Below, one piece after another: positions 1-21,256 of a DNA stretch of 64,000 bases. The stretch is from the human T2T-CHM13v2.0 reference genome, Homo sapiens. The notes under the pieces were generated by a model. It searched no databases. It was not told where the DNA came from and saw only the letters and a program-made list of their open reading frames with translations. Position 1 is the first letter of the stretch; each line of letters starts with the position of its first letter. The stretch is taken from the NCBI RefSeq assembly GCF_009914755.1, contig NC_060925.1. The stretch is one strand, 5' to 3'. The position numbers were made by a program, and so were the translations under genes.

Positions 1-357
1 GTAATGAAGCCTACCAATGCACTGGCTCCGCTTAAACATCTGCAGAACTAGAAACCAACCACCCAGCACCAGACTCTTCGCAGCCAGCCAAGAATCACCC
101 GATGTTTGAGTAAGACTGCTAGAAGAAAACAGAGATAAGAGTAAACAAACTAAAAATGGAAATAGACAACAGAAAGCAAAAGATAATGACAACAACAAAA
201 ACACACAATAATCAGTGTTCCCAGAGGGATAAGAGAAACTACATCCAAAAAAGCAAGATGAGATGTTATATTTAACAAGAAACAATCAGGGAATAAGAGC
301 TTTCAGAGCAGAATAAATACATATCTTTTTAAAAATCAAAGAAGAAAGAAGAAAGAA

Positions 358-465
358 GGCCGGGTGTGGTGTCTCACACATGTAATCCCAGCACTTTAGG
401 AAGGAAAGGCGGGTGGATTGCTTGAGCTCAGGAGTTTGAGACCAGCCTGGGCAACATAGTGAAAA
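358..465 (+). mobile_element. Alu left monomer / FLAM
   Basis: Alu consensus match. Confidence 0.85.
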
Positions 466-659
466 ATATATTATATTATATTTGTGAATATCTGATACTA
501 TATTTGTGAATATATGCAAACTTATACTTACTGAAGTCAAATAAAATATAGAGATGAATCTCTAAATTTAAAACATTTTATTTGGGACGGAATAATTGCA
601 ATTTGGGGCACATAGACCGGGTGGCCTTAGTATGTCTGAAGAACAAAGAGAAGGTTGTA

Positions 660-3760
<3,101 letters not shown>

Positions 3761-3769
3761 AATGGCAGG

Positions 3770-4135
3770 TCTGAGATATGCTCTTACCTTTTTCCAAGTA
3801 ATCCTCCTTGAACTTTTTGCTAACCTCCTAGCCACCCAAAATAAAGGCTACATTTTCCACTCTCCTTGCAGCAAGTTGTGGCTTTGTGACTACTTGTTGA
3901 AATGTGAGTAAAAGTACTTTGTGGCAACTTGTAGAGACTTTCTTAAAAAGATAACTGGTATACACCATGAGGTAAACTTGGGGATAAAAGGAGCCTGACT
4001 GAATCCCTTCATGGAGTAGAGTTGGCATAGCAACAATGGACAACCTACCTCTGAACTTTTACATAAGGGAGAGATACAAACTTCTATCTTGCTTAACGCA
4101 TGACGTTCAGTCTTTGTTACTTGCAGCTGAAGAAA
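3770..4135 (+). mobile_element. MLT1-type (MaLR) LTR remnant
   Basis: Motifs ctccttgcagcaagttgtggc and tctttgttacttgcagctgaa. Confidence 0.55.
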
Positions 4136-4139
4136 TTTT

Positions 4140-4720
4140 AAAAATTTGTTTAAATCTCCTTGAAGACAAAATTAGAAGAGATGGAATACAAGAAAAAAAT
4201 AGTGGATCAATCCAATAAATCCAACATCCTACTAATAGTTCAAGAAATACAGAACAGAGAAAAGAGAGAGGAAGAAATTTCTCAGAACCAAATGACATGA
4301 GACTCTAGATTAAAAATACTCACCAATACTCACACTAGCTAAAGATATGGAAGAGACTCATATTAGGGGATGTCACTGTGAAGTTTCAGAATACCAAAGA
4401 AGATCCTGAAAACTTCCAGAAAGATAAGTAGAGAATACTTACAAATTATTAGTCAGAATGGCTTCATATTTCTCAATAGCAGCATCAGAAGCCAGAGGAC
4501 AAATAATCAAATGCCTTCAAAATTCTGGGGGAAAATTATTTTCAGCTTAGAATTCTAGAGCCAGCTAAACTCTCAATCAAGCACAAGGACAGGATAAAGA
4601 TGTTTTCAGATATTCAAGGGCTCAAATACCCGCTATGTACCCTTCCAAAAGAAGACTGGAAAATATGTTCTACCAAAACAATGAATTAAAACAAGAAAGA
4701 AGATGACATGGGATCCAGGA
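4140..4720 (+). mobile_element. L1 ORF1-like / HAL1 remnant
   Basis: aatgccttcaaaattctg...agaattctagagccagctaaactctcaatcaag resembles the L1 ORF1 C-terminal region. Confidence 0.6.
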
Positions 4721-5577
4721 AAGAGGATATCTGACACAAAGGGAAGTCTCCCAATGAAATTTTTACAAAGAGCAAGCATTACATACTGAAGCAGAAGGAA
4801 GAAGTTTCCAGGAAATAAAGACATACAATTGATATTTGACTGAATAGAAACATATTGTTAATATACACATGGGAGAAACAGTGAAATAATTGAAAAGCAT
4901 TAACAATAGGTAGATAAAAATTCAGGCCCTCAAAAAGGCTAGTATCAATCACAGGAAAAAGGAAGGAGAAAAAAGAAAGAAAACATACAAGTAGTACATT
5001 ACATGGCTCGGCAGTGCACTGCATTGGTATAACCATAATAATGTAAAGAATAACAATTAATTTAACCAAAAATCATACCAAAATTAAATTAGAGGAATGT
5101 AGGAAATGTAGTTAGGAAGAGAATGTAAACCGGAATGGAGGGCAGGTGCACAGAAAAATGGCTTAAAATTTGGACTTCCTAGCCAAATTGCCTTTTTTCA
5201 CATCCCAGGACACCTACTAGCTGTATGATCTTAGGTAAGTTACTCAACTTCTTTGTACTTCAGTTTCTGCATCTGGAAAATGAAGATGATACTACTTACT
5301 TCAAAGAGTTATCATAAAGATAAAATGAGTTTATATCTATATATAATGTACTGATAAAAATACTTGGTATAAAGTAAATAATAAATGTGTATTTATCATA
5401 TCATTAACATGGTAGGAAGTCAATATATGTTCTCTAAACTTGAAAAGTTAAGAAATATTCTATATAGAAATGTGGAGGTAAGGAAAATGGAAGAGTTGAA
5501 AATTGGGTGAAATAGGGGATAGACTATTGGCTTTCATAAAATCCTCGTAGACCTCTTCGATTTAAAATAAACTTTGT

Positions 5578-5905
5578 GGCCAGGCGTGGTGGCTCATGCC
5601 TGTAATCCCGACATTAGGGAGGCTGAGGCAGGCAGATCACTTGAGTCCAGGAGTTCGAGACCAGCCTGGCCAACATGGCAAAACCCCATCTCTATTAAAA
5701 ATACAAACATTAGCTAGGCGTGGTGGTGCATGCCCATAGTCCCAGCTACTCAGGAGGCTGAGGCATGAGAATTGCTTGAACCCCAGATATGGAGGTTGCA
5801 GTGAGCCAAAATTGCACCACTGCACTCTAGCATGGGAGACAGAGCGAGACTCTGTCTCAAAAAATAAATAAAAATAAAATAATAAAGAAATAAAAAATGA
5901 AATAA
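5578..5905 (+). mobile_element. Alu
   Basis: Alu dimer with A-rich tail. Confidence 0.95.
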
Positions 5906-6785
5906 ACTTTATACATAGACTACTATGATAAAAATAAAACTTAATTCCAAACAAGGTGGCCTTCTTTCCAAAAGCCCTCTGCCTATTGAAAGATAGCTGA
6001 GTGAGACTTAATGAGCTCTTCCTTCATATAATGACATTTGCTATATTTGGCCAACTTTCTGCTCCACCATTAAGCCCGATTATCTTTGCTGACACTTAGA
6101 GCACATTTACTTTAGATAGGAAATCGAAGGCCAAACAGAAGAGACAAAGTCCCTACCAAGTAAACATGGCCTCTCCCCAGAGTACCACACAAGATAATAT
6201 ATCACATTTTCTATAATAGACCTTAGGGGTTCAAATCCTGGATCTGCCATTTAGTAGCAATGTAATTTTTGACAAGTAATTCACCTCTCTATGTTTATTT
6301 CCTGTGAATTGTACCAAGTCTGCGAGGAAATCTATAGGTCATGCCCTACCTTCTTAAGAATCAGCTCTTAAGGAACAGTCATTAGTGTAATGTTAGGCAA
6401 CAATTTTAGTGAACAGAAATCCCCAGAGCAACCAGAGAAAGCAGAGCACACTCTGTTCTGAGAACTCTTCAGTAAAATAGAAAGCATGTCCTGAACCAGA
6501 CCCCAGGCCCTTCATTACACTACCCATCTCTGGTACTTGGAAGATCATGAGATAATAGCCTAGGGGCTATAATAGCCCCTAGCCAGAGGCCCATTTACTA
6601 ACCCCACTGGTATAAATGGAAAAAGTTTTATAATTTAACTCATTAAACTTAATGCAAAAGTATAACATAATTAGGAAACACACCTTTGATTTCTCTAAAG
6701 ATGAAAATACATCTGGGGATTGAAAATCTATGAGGTGTGAAGGAAAGGAGACAGAATATTAGCTACCACACTTATTTGCATATCT

Positions 6786-7293
<508 letters not shown>

Positions 7294-8502
7294 TATTTGC
7301 ATATCTAAAGGTTGTTTTCCTGATGAAAGCAATCACCATTGTTAACAGATGTGAGCGTAAATGGCTAACCATCATGATCAAGAAAGTTTCAGCTGATAAT
7401 AAGCTTCAGTATTACTTAGATAATGCTCTTTTATACTATTAATATTCAAGGTATTTATTTAAAACAGACCAATGGATTTCCATGAAAACCTTCTCTATTG
7501 CCTAAGTGACTAAGGTTCATGCTGGCACTACTAGATTATTTTAAAATTTTCAGGAAATTCAGGCCTACTTCGATTTTTAAAATCATGCATCCTGGTTAAG
7601 TTAAAACTCTATTTCACTCTTCTCCCAGGTCACATTTAAAACGTTTCATATAACCTCAAAAAACACAAGCAAAAAATGAAGTCTCTAATTGAGCTTGTGA
7701 ATTCTACAACTCTTCCTACTAACCAAGTGGATATTAAAGGGGGTACAAATACCTGAAGGTTTTATGAAGGATTTATTTGATAAAATTCATAATGTATTTA
7801 GTTTTCAATCAAGCTTCAAAACATAGAATGATGATTCAAATGTCTGGGACAGGAAAGTCACTGCAATTTCAAGGAACTCACAGTAAGTGTCAAGAGCCTC
7901 ATCCCTGAGGCTTGGTGAAAGGTTTAAATAAGATAATGAATGTAAATCATGTGTACTGACTACATAGTAAGTAATCAATAATATCTGCTACTATCATTGA
8001 AAACTATGGACTGGATGCCATTATACATGGGAGTTCTGTGGTTAGATAAGCATAGCCCAAAGATTCTTAATAATCACCAACCTGGAGGGAAGTCACTGTT
8101 AGGGATATGATGAGGGCTATGAATTTTGTATGCTTTGATAGTCTAGTTAGAAAAGCATAATTGAAGATGTCTATCAAACCTGCAGGGGGTGGCAGTGCTA
8201 GAAGAGATAATTCCATAGTTTGAATGATAGACTCAAGATCAAAAGGAGCTCAGACTGAGATGATGGGCTATAATAAACAAGATATTTAAGCATGTTATTC
8301 TCCTGCTTAATTACTTTCAGTGGCTTTCTGTTGCTGACCACTGAATGCCCTCATGTCTCAGCATGGCATTGAGTACCCTCTACATTAGAACCTTGTCTGG
8401 ATTTTTTTGGTATCTCCCACCACTACCCTACAGATGCCCATCTCTTTATCTGAGCTTCTTCTTGTTCCCAGATCTTGCCCCTACCGTACTACCTGTTTCT
8501 TC

Positions 8503-9252
8503 TTGCTATAGACTGAATGTTTGTGTTCCCCAACCCCAAATTCATATGCCCAATGTAATCCCCAATGTGAGGGCATTTGGATTGGAGGTAAAGCCTTTGG
8601 GAGATAATTAGTTCATGAGGGTGGAGTCCTCATGTATGGAATTCGTGCCCTTATACAGGAGACCCCAGAGAGCTCCCTTGCCTCTTCCACCTTCTGAGGA
8701 CACAGGAACCAGGAAGCAGGCTCTCAACAGACACCAAATCTGCCAGCTCCTTGACCTTGGACTTACCAGCCTCCAGAACTCTGAGAAATAATTTTTGATT
8801 TTTTATAAGCCACCCAGTTTGTATTAGTCTTTCCTACACTGCTATTAAGAACTACCTAAGACTGGGTAATTTATAAAGAAAGAAAGGTTTAATTGACTCA
8901 CAGTTCCACAGGCTGTACAGGAGGCATGACTAGGGAGGCCTCAGGAAACTTACAGTCGTGGCAGAAGGCAAAAGGGAAGCAAGCGTGTTTTCAGGTGGTG
9001 GCAGGAGAGAGAGAAAGAGTAAAGGGGGAAGTGCTGCACACTTTTAAATAACCAGATCTTGTGAGAACTCTGCCACAAGATAGCACTAGGGAGATGGTGC
9101 TAAATCATAAGAAACCATCGATCCAATCATCTCCCACCAGGCCCCACCTCCAACGTTCAGATCACAATTCAACAGGAGATTTGGGTGGAGACACAGAGCC
9201 AAATCATATCACAGTTTATGGTATTGTTACTGCAGCCTGAACAGGCTAAGAT
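8503..9252 (+). mobile_element. MLT1A-like MaLR LTR split by an MST LTR
   Basis: 5' tgctatagactgaatgtttgtgt; continues after the insert as tatggtattgttactgcagcctgaacaggctaaga. Confidence 0.75.
8820..9211 (-). mobile_element. MSTA-like MaLR solo LTR
   Basis: tgtattagt...gagccaaatcatatca ends; 5-bp TSD CAGTT at 8815 and 9212. Confidence 0.85.
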
Positions 9253-10110
9253 GGTGCCGGCCTGTCTCCCACCTGTTTCTGAACATCCTATTCATCCTGT
9301 TTGGCTCAACTCAAAAGTTACTTCCTTCATGAAGAAGTTCCCAGTCCCCCAAAATCAAATAAGCACCAAGTCTGCCCTCGAGTGCCACCTATCTCACACC
9401 ACTGCCTCATATTGGATGTCTTGGTGACCTTGGTCAGTCCTCTTATTAACTTCCAAGTCTCTTAAAGGCAGGAACTGTTTCCATTATGCAGACTGCATTC
9501 TTAAAAGTATTCATGAAACAAATAAATAAATGATATATGTGAAGTCCTCTGTTCGTGGCCAAACCAAAATCATTTCAGGGGAACAGGATGAATGAAAAAT
9601 CACATCTTAGGGTTGTAGCTGCTGTAAGTAGAATAAGTGCAAATATCGTGGGCACTAAAAGCTAATAAAAACATAGGGTACACTATCCAGAGGACAGAAT
9701 AACTCTCTGGTTACCAGATGTGAGGCAATTAACATTCTATGTGGGTTCTGATTATTGAATGCTTAAAGAATTGCTCTAGTGTGGGCTAATGGTGGGAAGG
9801 GGCTTCACCTGTAGTGTGTTGAAGTCTCATTTACTATGCCAATAACAGCACATTCCTCACCCTGGAACCTGAGTAATCTCTATACATCCTCAGGCCTAAA
9901 GAGACAAAAAAGCTCAAATCTTAGGTCTCTCATGGCTGGAAAGGGGACAAACTGGTCGAAAGTATGGCTTCATCTTATGTTATGGTGGGAAATAATAGAA
10001 TATTGGCTGCTATGAGGGATAGGCTGGGAGTCAGGTGGGAGGTGAACATTAAGAAGGAGAGGGACTGACCTGAAGCCTACGGAGTGTTGCTATCACTCAT
10101 CACAGGGTTA

Positions 10111-10527
<417 letters not shown>

Positions 10528-11079
10528 TTAAGATTAAGTACCTACTTCCTCTCCCACTTCAAGTCCTGGAAATAGAGGATCAGAAATGTTGAGGAATTCT
10601 TTAGGATAGAAAGGAGATGGGATTTTACTTATGGGAAGACAGCAAATAAAGACTGCAACTTAACACATACACAGGTGAAAGTGTTAGCAAGAGTAGGAAC
10701 CATTTGCTCTACATAACTCCAGAAAAAACTCATACTAAAATGAAAACATAAAGCAGGCAGTTCTGAGCAATTCCCATCCTTTCTCTACAAAAAGAGAGAC
10801 GGTACTAAATAAAACATAATTTAGCAATCACAAGCATGAACAGATAGACCACAAAATTTACCGAGCATTTAAGCAAGATCAACACTATGAATGAAGACAT
10901 TAAACCAAAAAGTCAGAGGCACTACCATCTAAGGAAAAGGAATAAATTATAAATTAAAAGAACATAAGAGAACTAAAATAAGGTGTAATTAATGTTTTCA
11001 AAAGATAGCATAAAACAAGAGCAAGAACAAATTGCTTTATCATATGGGATCTAGCCTTCAGCTCTGAATGGGAGATCCT

Positions 11080-11639
11080 ATTACTGACAAAGTCTGTCTT
11101 TCCAAAATGGGGTCTTTCTCTGTTCAGTTCAGAAGCCAATACACAAAAACAAAAGTGAGCATCAAGCAGTTCAGGTTTCGTTCGATGGCCATAGAATTGA
11201 GAAGTGGGAGCTTGGCTCACAAATCAATTTCATAGCTCTTGCAAGTGAGTATATCACAAATATAGGGCATCTTTAATGAAGGGGTTAAGCATTAAGAGCA
11301 AGAGGAGGAATATTCATGTCTTTTCTGGGAATGGGCAGAGAACCGCTCAAAACCAGAGTGCGCTTTCCTTTTTGTCCTTTCATGGTTTCCTCTGGCTGTT
11401 GTCAGGGTGATTGTCAACTGTCATGGCACTGGTGGGAGAGTCGTTTAGCATGGACATTAGACTATAATGAAGTTAGAGGTTCTTCAGAGGTCAAGTGAGC
11501 TGCCATCTTGGATCCAGTCTTAGTAAGTTAGATCACAAGGGGGAAATTCAGACCTCAGGCATCCTGTTTCCTAAAGATAAGCAGGGTTAAGACAGGATAG
11601 AAATTCACCTAGGTCATGTAGGCATTACAATGTGTAACA
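11080..11639. mobile_element. Probable ERV1-class (MER-type) solo LTR
   Basis: ttactga...tgtaaca termini and LTR-like composition; subfamily not determined. Confidence 0.45.
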
Positions 11640-11939
11640 ATCCTAAATATCAACTCTCATGACTGGCCTAGGACCTTGAAACAACAGGAACTATGTCCAA
11701 ATACCATGAAACTTTCATGTAGTATCAGTGTTAATGTCAGTATGTAGATTCTTTGGCTTGCAGGGAGGACTTGCGTGGCAGAAGTGCTTTGGTAACAGAA
11801 AAGAAAATTTAACTTGTGAGCTCTTTCTTCTCAGGTAGCACGAATGTAACAGACTCCTGTATGACAAAATATATTTTCCCAGGAATGGCAAGCACCCATT
11901 TTTGTCCAATTCATGGTTCTGGAGGTACTTACAAATTAG

Positions 11940-12282
<343 letters not shown>

Positions 12283-13204
12283 ACATTTTTATCATTAAAC
12301 AATTCATAATACTCTTAAAGATGTATGCTTAAAGGTCTAGAGTGAGACATGATACCAATTTGTTATACTGACAGCCAAACTTTGTACACTAAACTTGTAA
12401 ATATTTTTTACAAACACATTTAGTAAGTATGTAATTAAATGTTTAGAAAATTAAATAAAAACTCAACTCATTATAATAATAATGATTTATTGTTTCATAG
12501 ACCTTGATTATCACTGGTTTTGCCTTATAGATTTTAATAGATAAGTTTGAATACTTGAGCATAACCACATCATGAAAATATGTAAAAATAACTTTTTAAA
12601 AATTCTTTACATTTACTTTAATTTACATTTTTTATAAATATATATTTGGTGTAATTTGAACACAATTATATTTACTTCTTAATTCTTTTAGATCTGTATA
12701 CAAATTATGTGAAACTCCTTCTGTTTTTTATATTTTATTTTTTGCCTAAGTTCTACCTCAGGATCTAGAAACTCTTTCTTTTAACAACGTAGTTAACAAT
12801 TTTGCTGAAACAAAGGCAAGAAAGATACATTTTACAGAATACATACTTTTGAATAGATTATTTTGTTGCTGAATCAAATATTGCTGATTCATCAACAGGA
12901 CTGTAATAATAATTAAATTCAGCCATCTTTGACATTTTGGCAACTTTATAAAAACCATACCTTTATACATCTTTTTAAATGTTGCTGTTATGAAGGTACA
13001 CTTGTCAAGGTACAGGAAAAATCATTTTATTTTCAGCTTGATTCATAACTTTTAAGTACCAAGCATACGAGGCATGGGTTCTCATTTATACTCTTTTCCC
13101 ACCTACCAGAAACAGGCCTGGTCAGACTGGAATAATTTCGGATGCAACTGTAATCCTTGTAAATGAAAATAGGTTACAATCATCCATTAAGAACAGAGAT
13201 TCTC

Positions 13205-13556
<352 letters not shown>

Positions 13557-13959
13557 CTAAAACTAAAACAAAATGACCCAAAAAAGGATGCAAATACATG
13601 ATTTTTAAAAGATACGCTAAGGAAATGCTACAAAAATGAAAGGAAATGAGGTAATATTAATATCAGTTAATAAAATTCAAGGCCAGAAATGTTAAATGAG
13701 TAAATAAGAAATGTATGTTGATGGTATATGTAATCATATATACCTAACAAGATAGCTGTAAGCCATAACTGTTAGAAATATAAACAGAGACAAATATATA
13801 ATAATTGTGACATATTTTAATATACTTCTTTCAGTGATTAAGAAAGCATTTAATAACAGCAACAGCAATAAAAATGTGTGGGTTTTGAGTGAATAGCACA
13901 ATGCAAGCTTAGCTGTATAGATGGATGATGGATGGATGGGTGGATGAATACATACATAC

Positions 13960-14382
<423 letters not shown>

Positions 14383-15189
14383 TCATGGATGAAATTGATA
14401 TCTTAAATCAACGGGGAAAGAATGGAATATTCAAAACTGGTGTTGGCATATTGGACAATGGACGTGCGAGCAGGTTTTAATTTAAATAGGGAGAATTGCT
14501 TAGGACTTGATGAGCCAAGACTTGGAGGCGAAGAAGTGGTTGGAGAAACCACCCCAGGCAGAGGAACCCCAGGGGTCAGCCAATGCAAGGCTCTAAATTA
14601 GGAAGTACTCAGTGAGGCTGAGAACAATAAGGCACTAAGTTCTTTTAGGTTCTCAGGCCTTTGCACTTATCTCTGCTTCAAATGCCTCCTTTTCCCTTCC
14701 TATCTGGGAAACATTCACTCTTTCTTCAGTGTAGCCTCCAAGTTCACTTGCTCAGTGAAGGCCCCTCTGATTCTCCCAGAAAGGATGTGCTACCCCATCC
14801 TCCGTGCTCACAAGCCTCGGCCCACAGCTCAGGATTAGTTTTTATTACAGTGTGGCTTTAGGTTTTCATATCTGACTTCCCCACCAGACTATGAACAAAT
14901 CAAAGGCAAAGATTGCGTTTCATTGAGCTGTGCTTCCCCGAACATCAGGCATAGTGCATAAGACACACTCACTCCATAAACCTTTGTATGTCAAATGAGA
15001 GATATTATGTATTAAGCAGTCCAATTCCTCTTTTCACTGTGCATTCTTCATGCAAATGGCAGCTGTGTCTTAGGTGTTTCCCATATGTAGCGACAAGGTA
15101 TTATGTACTATAAGGAATAAATGGGAAATTACCAAACCCCTTCTCTAAGCAGAACTGAGGGCAGGGATTTCACATCAAACAGACCATGA

Positions 15190-15538
<349 letters not shown>

Positions 15539-16406
15539 GCGGAGTGGGCTAATTACAGAACATGTTGTACTGGCTAGGAATACAAAAGCCATCAGGAAAA
15601 GGCCAAATGAGTGTGCTCTCCTGTCACTGAAGGCTTCTGAAAGGATATGGGCCAGTGCATCAGATTTTGTTGCTGAGCAGGTTGGAGAAGAGCATCAAAG
15701 GTGAGAGCAAAGGTAAGAACCAGCATAGATGTGGGAATGAGTGGGTGGGTGCACCGGCCAAGAAGGGGCCTGACTGAAGGACCAGGGAACAACCAATAGG
15801 TTATGGAAGGCTGGAGTCAGATTGCAGAGACTAGAGACTCCTAATATCAGGCTGAGAAATCAAATAGCTGTTCATCATTTGTGCCTGAGGATGGATCAGA
15901 GCAACGTGATGAAAGTGGCACTTGTGTAAGACTTGCCCAGCAAAGTAGGGCAAGGATGGATGCAAGGGAAAGAATCTGGAGCCTCAGGCCAAGAAGAATC
16001 AGGATCTGTTATACAAGGACCCAGGTATGGGGGCTTGAAAGCAACTTGGGGGCTAGGACTGTGTCTGGACCACCATGTGGCCCCATATTGGTGGTAGGGA
16101 CTGAGTGTTGAATACGTGAATGTTGTGAATTAATTAAGAAGAAAAGAGTTGAGAGTTGTTTTTAATCAAGGAACAGTAGGCTCTAATGATAGAGAGACCT
16201 CCTCACCTCTTTCCCACAAACCCCCATCCTGCACCCTATGTTCCAGGGATAGTAAGCTGTTCACTGTTGTCAAGAGACTGGTTCTGCCCTATCTCTGGAC
16301 ATTCGTATTACTGCTTGCTTTGCCTGGAAGGGAAGGGAAGACATTTCTGACTGAATCAAAAAGTGATTTAGAGGAGTAAATATAAAGAAGTTTTAGGAAT
16401 ACCTTA

Positions 16407-17217
<811 letters not shown>

Positions 17218-17516
17218 TTATGATGAATGCATCTTAGATGAGATGAAACATTTTTCTGTTTATAAGACTTCTCTTCCTTTAAGTCTAAGATAAAGTGACT
17301 TCTATAATACAGTAATATTAATAATTAACATTTTCTTTTTTCTTTTTCCTATAACACTTACCTAACATACTACATATACTTTATTTGTTATGTCTATTGC
17401 TTATTGTCTCCCTGCTAAAATGCACATTCCATGAGGGTAGGAATTTTTATCTATATGTTCTCTGATGTCTCCTAAGCCCCTAAAACAGCACATAGTAAGT
17501 GCTCTCTCTCTCTCTG

Positions 17517-17549
<33 letters not shown>

Positions 17550-17945
17550 GTGTGTATGTTGAATGAATGAAATTTTTTAATGTGCTAGACACTCTTCTAA
17601 GTGCTTTGCATGGCTTGTTTCATTTAACTTTCACAAGAAACCTAAGGTCTATATTACCACCCACATTTTCAGTCGAGGGAACCAATGTATACAAAGATTC
17701 AGTAACCTGACCAAGGTTGCACAGCTTGACACTGGAGGAAATAGAATTCAAGTGTAGTCTGCCTCTGAACACAATACTCTTCTCCATTCCACTGTGCTGT
17801 TTCTAATACCACCTGTGTTCCCCTTTTTGAGGTCTCTTGGCAAACTCCTGTTCTGGACACCCATTGCATTGGATGCCTGCCTCTATCATAGCTCTTATTG
17901 CCCTTTATTAGAGGATAATATGGTCCATGTCCTCCACTAGACTGA

Positions 17946-18259
<314 letters not shown>

Positions 18260-20488
18260 TCTTATTTGTCTTTATCCCCAAGGCCAACCATGGAGGCTGG
18301 CACTGCACAGATGCATAATGTCTGTGAAATGGATTGGCTATGTAAATACAGAGCAGGGAGCATAAAAGAGAACTGGAAGGCTTCTAACGGGAAGACAAAG
18401 GACTTGTGGAACTGATGAAAAAGAACAGCTTAAGAAGAGCAGCGCTTCTAGAGAGAAAATATCGAGTCCAGTTCTGAACGTCTTGGAATGATGGAAAGAT
18501 AAACAAGTGAAGATATCCAATAGGGATGTGGAACAAGAAAACTGTCACAAAGGTTCTTTTAAGGACCAAAACATAGTCTTGCAAGTCTTTGTGACAGAAG
18601 TGCTAACTGAAACTATCAGAGTGAATTGACTCACCAACTAAAACAATGCAGAGAGAGAGAGAGGAGAGCAAGAGAGAGAGAGAAATGAAGGGACAGCATC
18701 TTGGCGTATACCTATAGTTAAGGGGGTTGAGGAAGGCAAGGAGACAGCACAGAGATCTAGAAGAAATTCAGAAGATCGCTGTAGCAACACTGAAGTCAAG
18801 GGAATCGTTCTCCGGTCTGTGCCCGTGAGTAGGTGTCTGTGATAACTGCTTTGTAACAGTACAGATTATAAATAAAAGTCTGTGGGCAGCAACAGAAAAA
18901 CAACACATACATTTTCAGTGCGACTGGGTCTGTCTGGCCCTGCCCACCAGTGGTTTGGGGATCTACTTCGTTCCGACTAGAGAGCACCCACTCAAAATTT
19001 CCTCTGGATGGCAACCCAGCACAACACGTCTTCCACCTCTTCACACTGACTCCTCCTCGCCTCCTCTCTCCTCCAAACATAGGCTGGGTGATTACACCCT
19101 CTTTGTGTCAAAACAGCACACTTGAAATCATTTTATGGCACCCACATTGTTCCATTTTAATCTTTAAGATTTTGTAAGGTGAAATGGTCTTTGCAATTGT
19201 TATCCTGTGTTAATTTTCTTTTTCTTATTGACACCACAAAATTCCTCTCTTCTAGTTTGTTTTTGCTCTGTTAGTAAAACCAGCATTTCCCAACTGGCGA
19301 ACTAGACTTCTTCAGGGGTAAGGTGGGGAATGTTATTGCAACTCACTACATCTCTCTGGTAATATCTTCCTTGTCTATCCCTTAAGCTTACCACAGACCA
19401 CTAGGAATTGCTTAGGTGCACGGTGGCATTTAGCACTAGAGACCACTAACTTTTGACCTCGAAGAGCACTTAAGATACTAAATTCATTAAAAATTTAGTA
19501 ATAACACTACAAATATTCTGTGTGACCACTATTTTTACCTTTCTGTAAATCAAATTTATTAAAGATGACCTTCCTCAGGTCAATTACTCATTTTATTTGT
19601 TTAGAAATTGTGAGATATACATTCCTATGGAAAAGTGAATAAAACATATATGTACAGTTTATTTAAAGAATAATTATAAAGCGAACACTCAGGTCCATAA
19701 ATAAAACATTCTCCGCATCCCAGGAGCCCCACCATGTGCCCCTCCCTGATCATATCTCCTTTCTTACCCTAGAGAGGAACATTTGTGATAATCATTTCTT
19801 AGCTTTTCTGTATAGTTTTACTACTTATGACTGTTATTTTAAACAATATAGTAGAGTTCTGCCCGTTTTTGAACTTTATGTAAGTGGAAATATTCTGTAT
19901 TCATTGGTTGTCTCAGTATGGCAATTCACCATGTTATTGTAAATAATCGTTTGTTTCTCTTTGTTGCTGTATTATATTTCACAGTATGACTATACCATAA
20001 TTTATCCATTCTATTGTTGATACAAGTTTGAGTTGCATAATGGTTTCAGCTATTAAAAAAATGCATATGTACAGGAAATTCTGTAGAGTTGCTGAGTCAC
20101 AGTGAATGTGTATCTTCAATCTTACTAGATAATTCAATCTTACTAGATAATGCCACACTGTTTTCCCTGATTGTATCAACTTATGCTACCACAGTGTATG
20201 AGGATATTCCTTGCTTCTTCCTTAAAACTTGTTTCTGTCAGACTTTTAAATTATTTTTTGATCTGCTGGGTGTCTAATAGTACTGCATTGTTATTTTCAT
20301 GTTCCTTTCTATAGTTACTAATGGGAATGTTGGTCCTTTCATGTATTAGTCATTTGCATTTGGTGCTGTGCCTATTTAAGCTTTTTGCCCATTTTCAAAA
20401 TGGGCAAGTCTATTTCTTATTGATTTGTGTTATTTGTATATTCTGGATACTAATCCTTTTTCACTTGCTTCATGGTATTGTTTGGTAA

Positions 20489-20865
<377 letters not shown>

Positions 20866-20946
20866 ACATCATTTGATAATTACTGAGACTTTCCTTTATG
20901 GCTAAAAATTCCTCTTAACCTAAGTCATAAAGATTTTTTCTTATAT

Positions 20947-21256
20947 AGGTCCACATAACTCACCTGAAATCCCTGGAGCCAGATGTTTGAAATATAGACT
21001 ATTTTAAATATTAGAAGGGTAGTATGAAACATACAACATATATTGTATAATATTCTCAACAAGAACTGGGACAGTACCCATAATGAAATACATTAATATT
21101 TCTACCGAAAAGCATATGCAGTCACCTAAGTGATAATAACAACTATAAAGAGCCTCATGTTACTTTAAGTCGTATTTTTCACCAAATGAGTTCCAAAGTG
21201 TGTGGTGTTTCAGAGGTTTGGGGATTTTATAATTAGTACAAAAGTTATGGTAGCCT
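20947..21256. mobile_element. MER46C-like (TcMar-Tigger) DNA transposon
   Basis: aggtccacataactcacctgaaatccctggagccagatg start. Confidence 0.5.
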
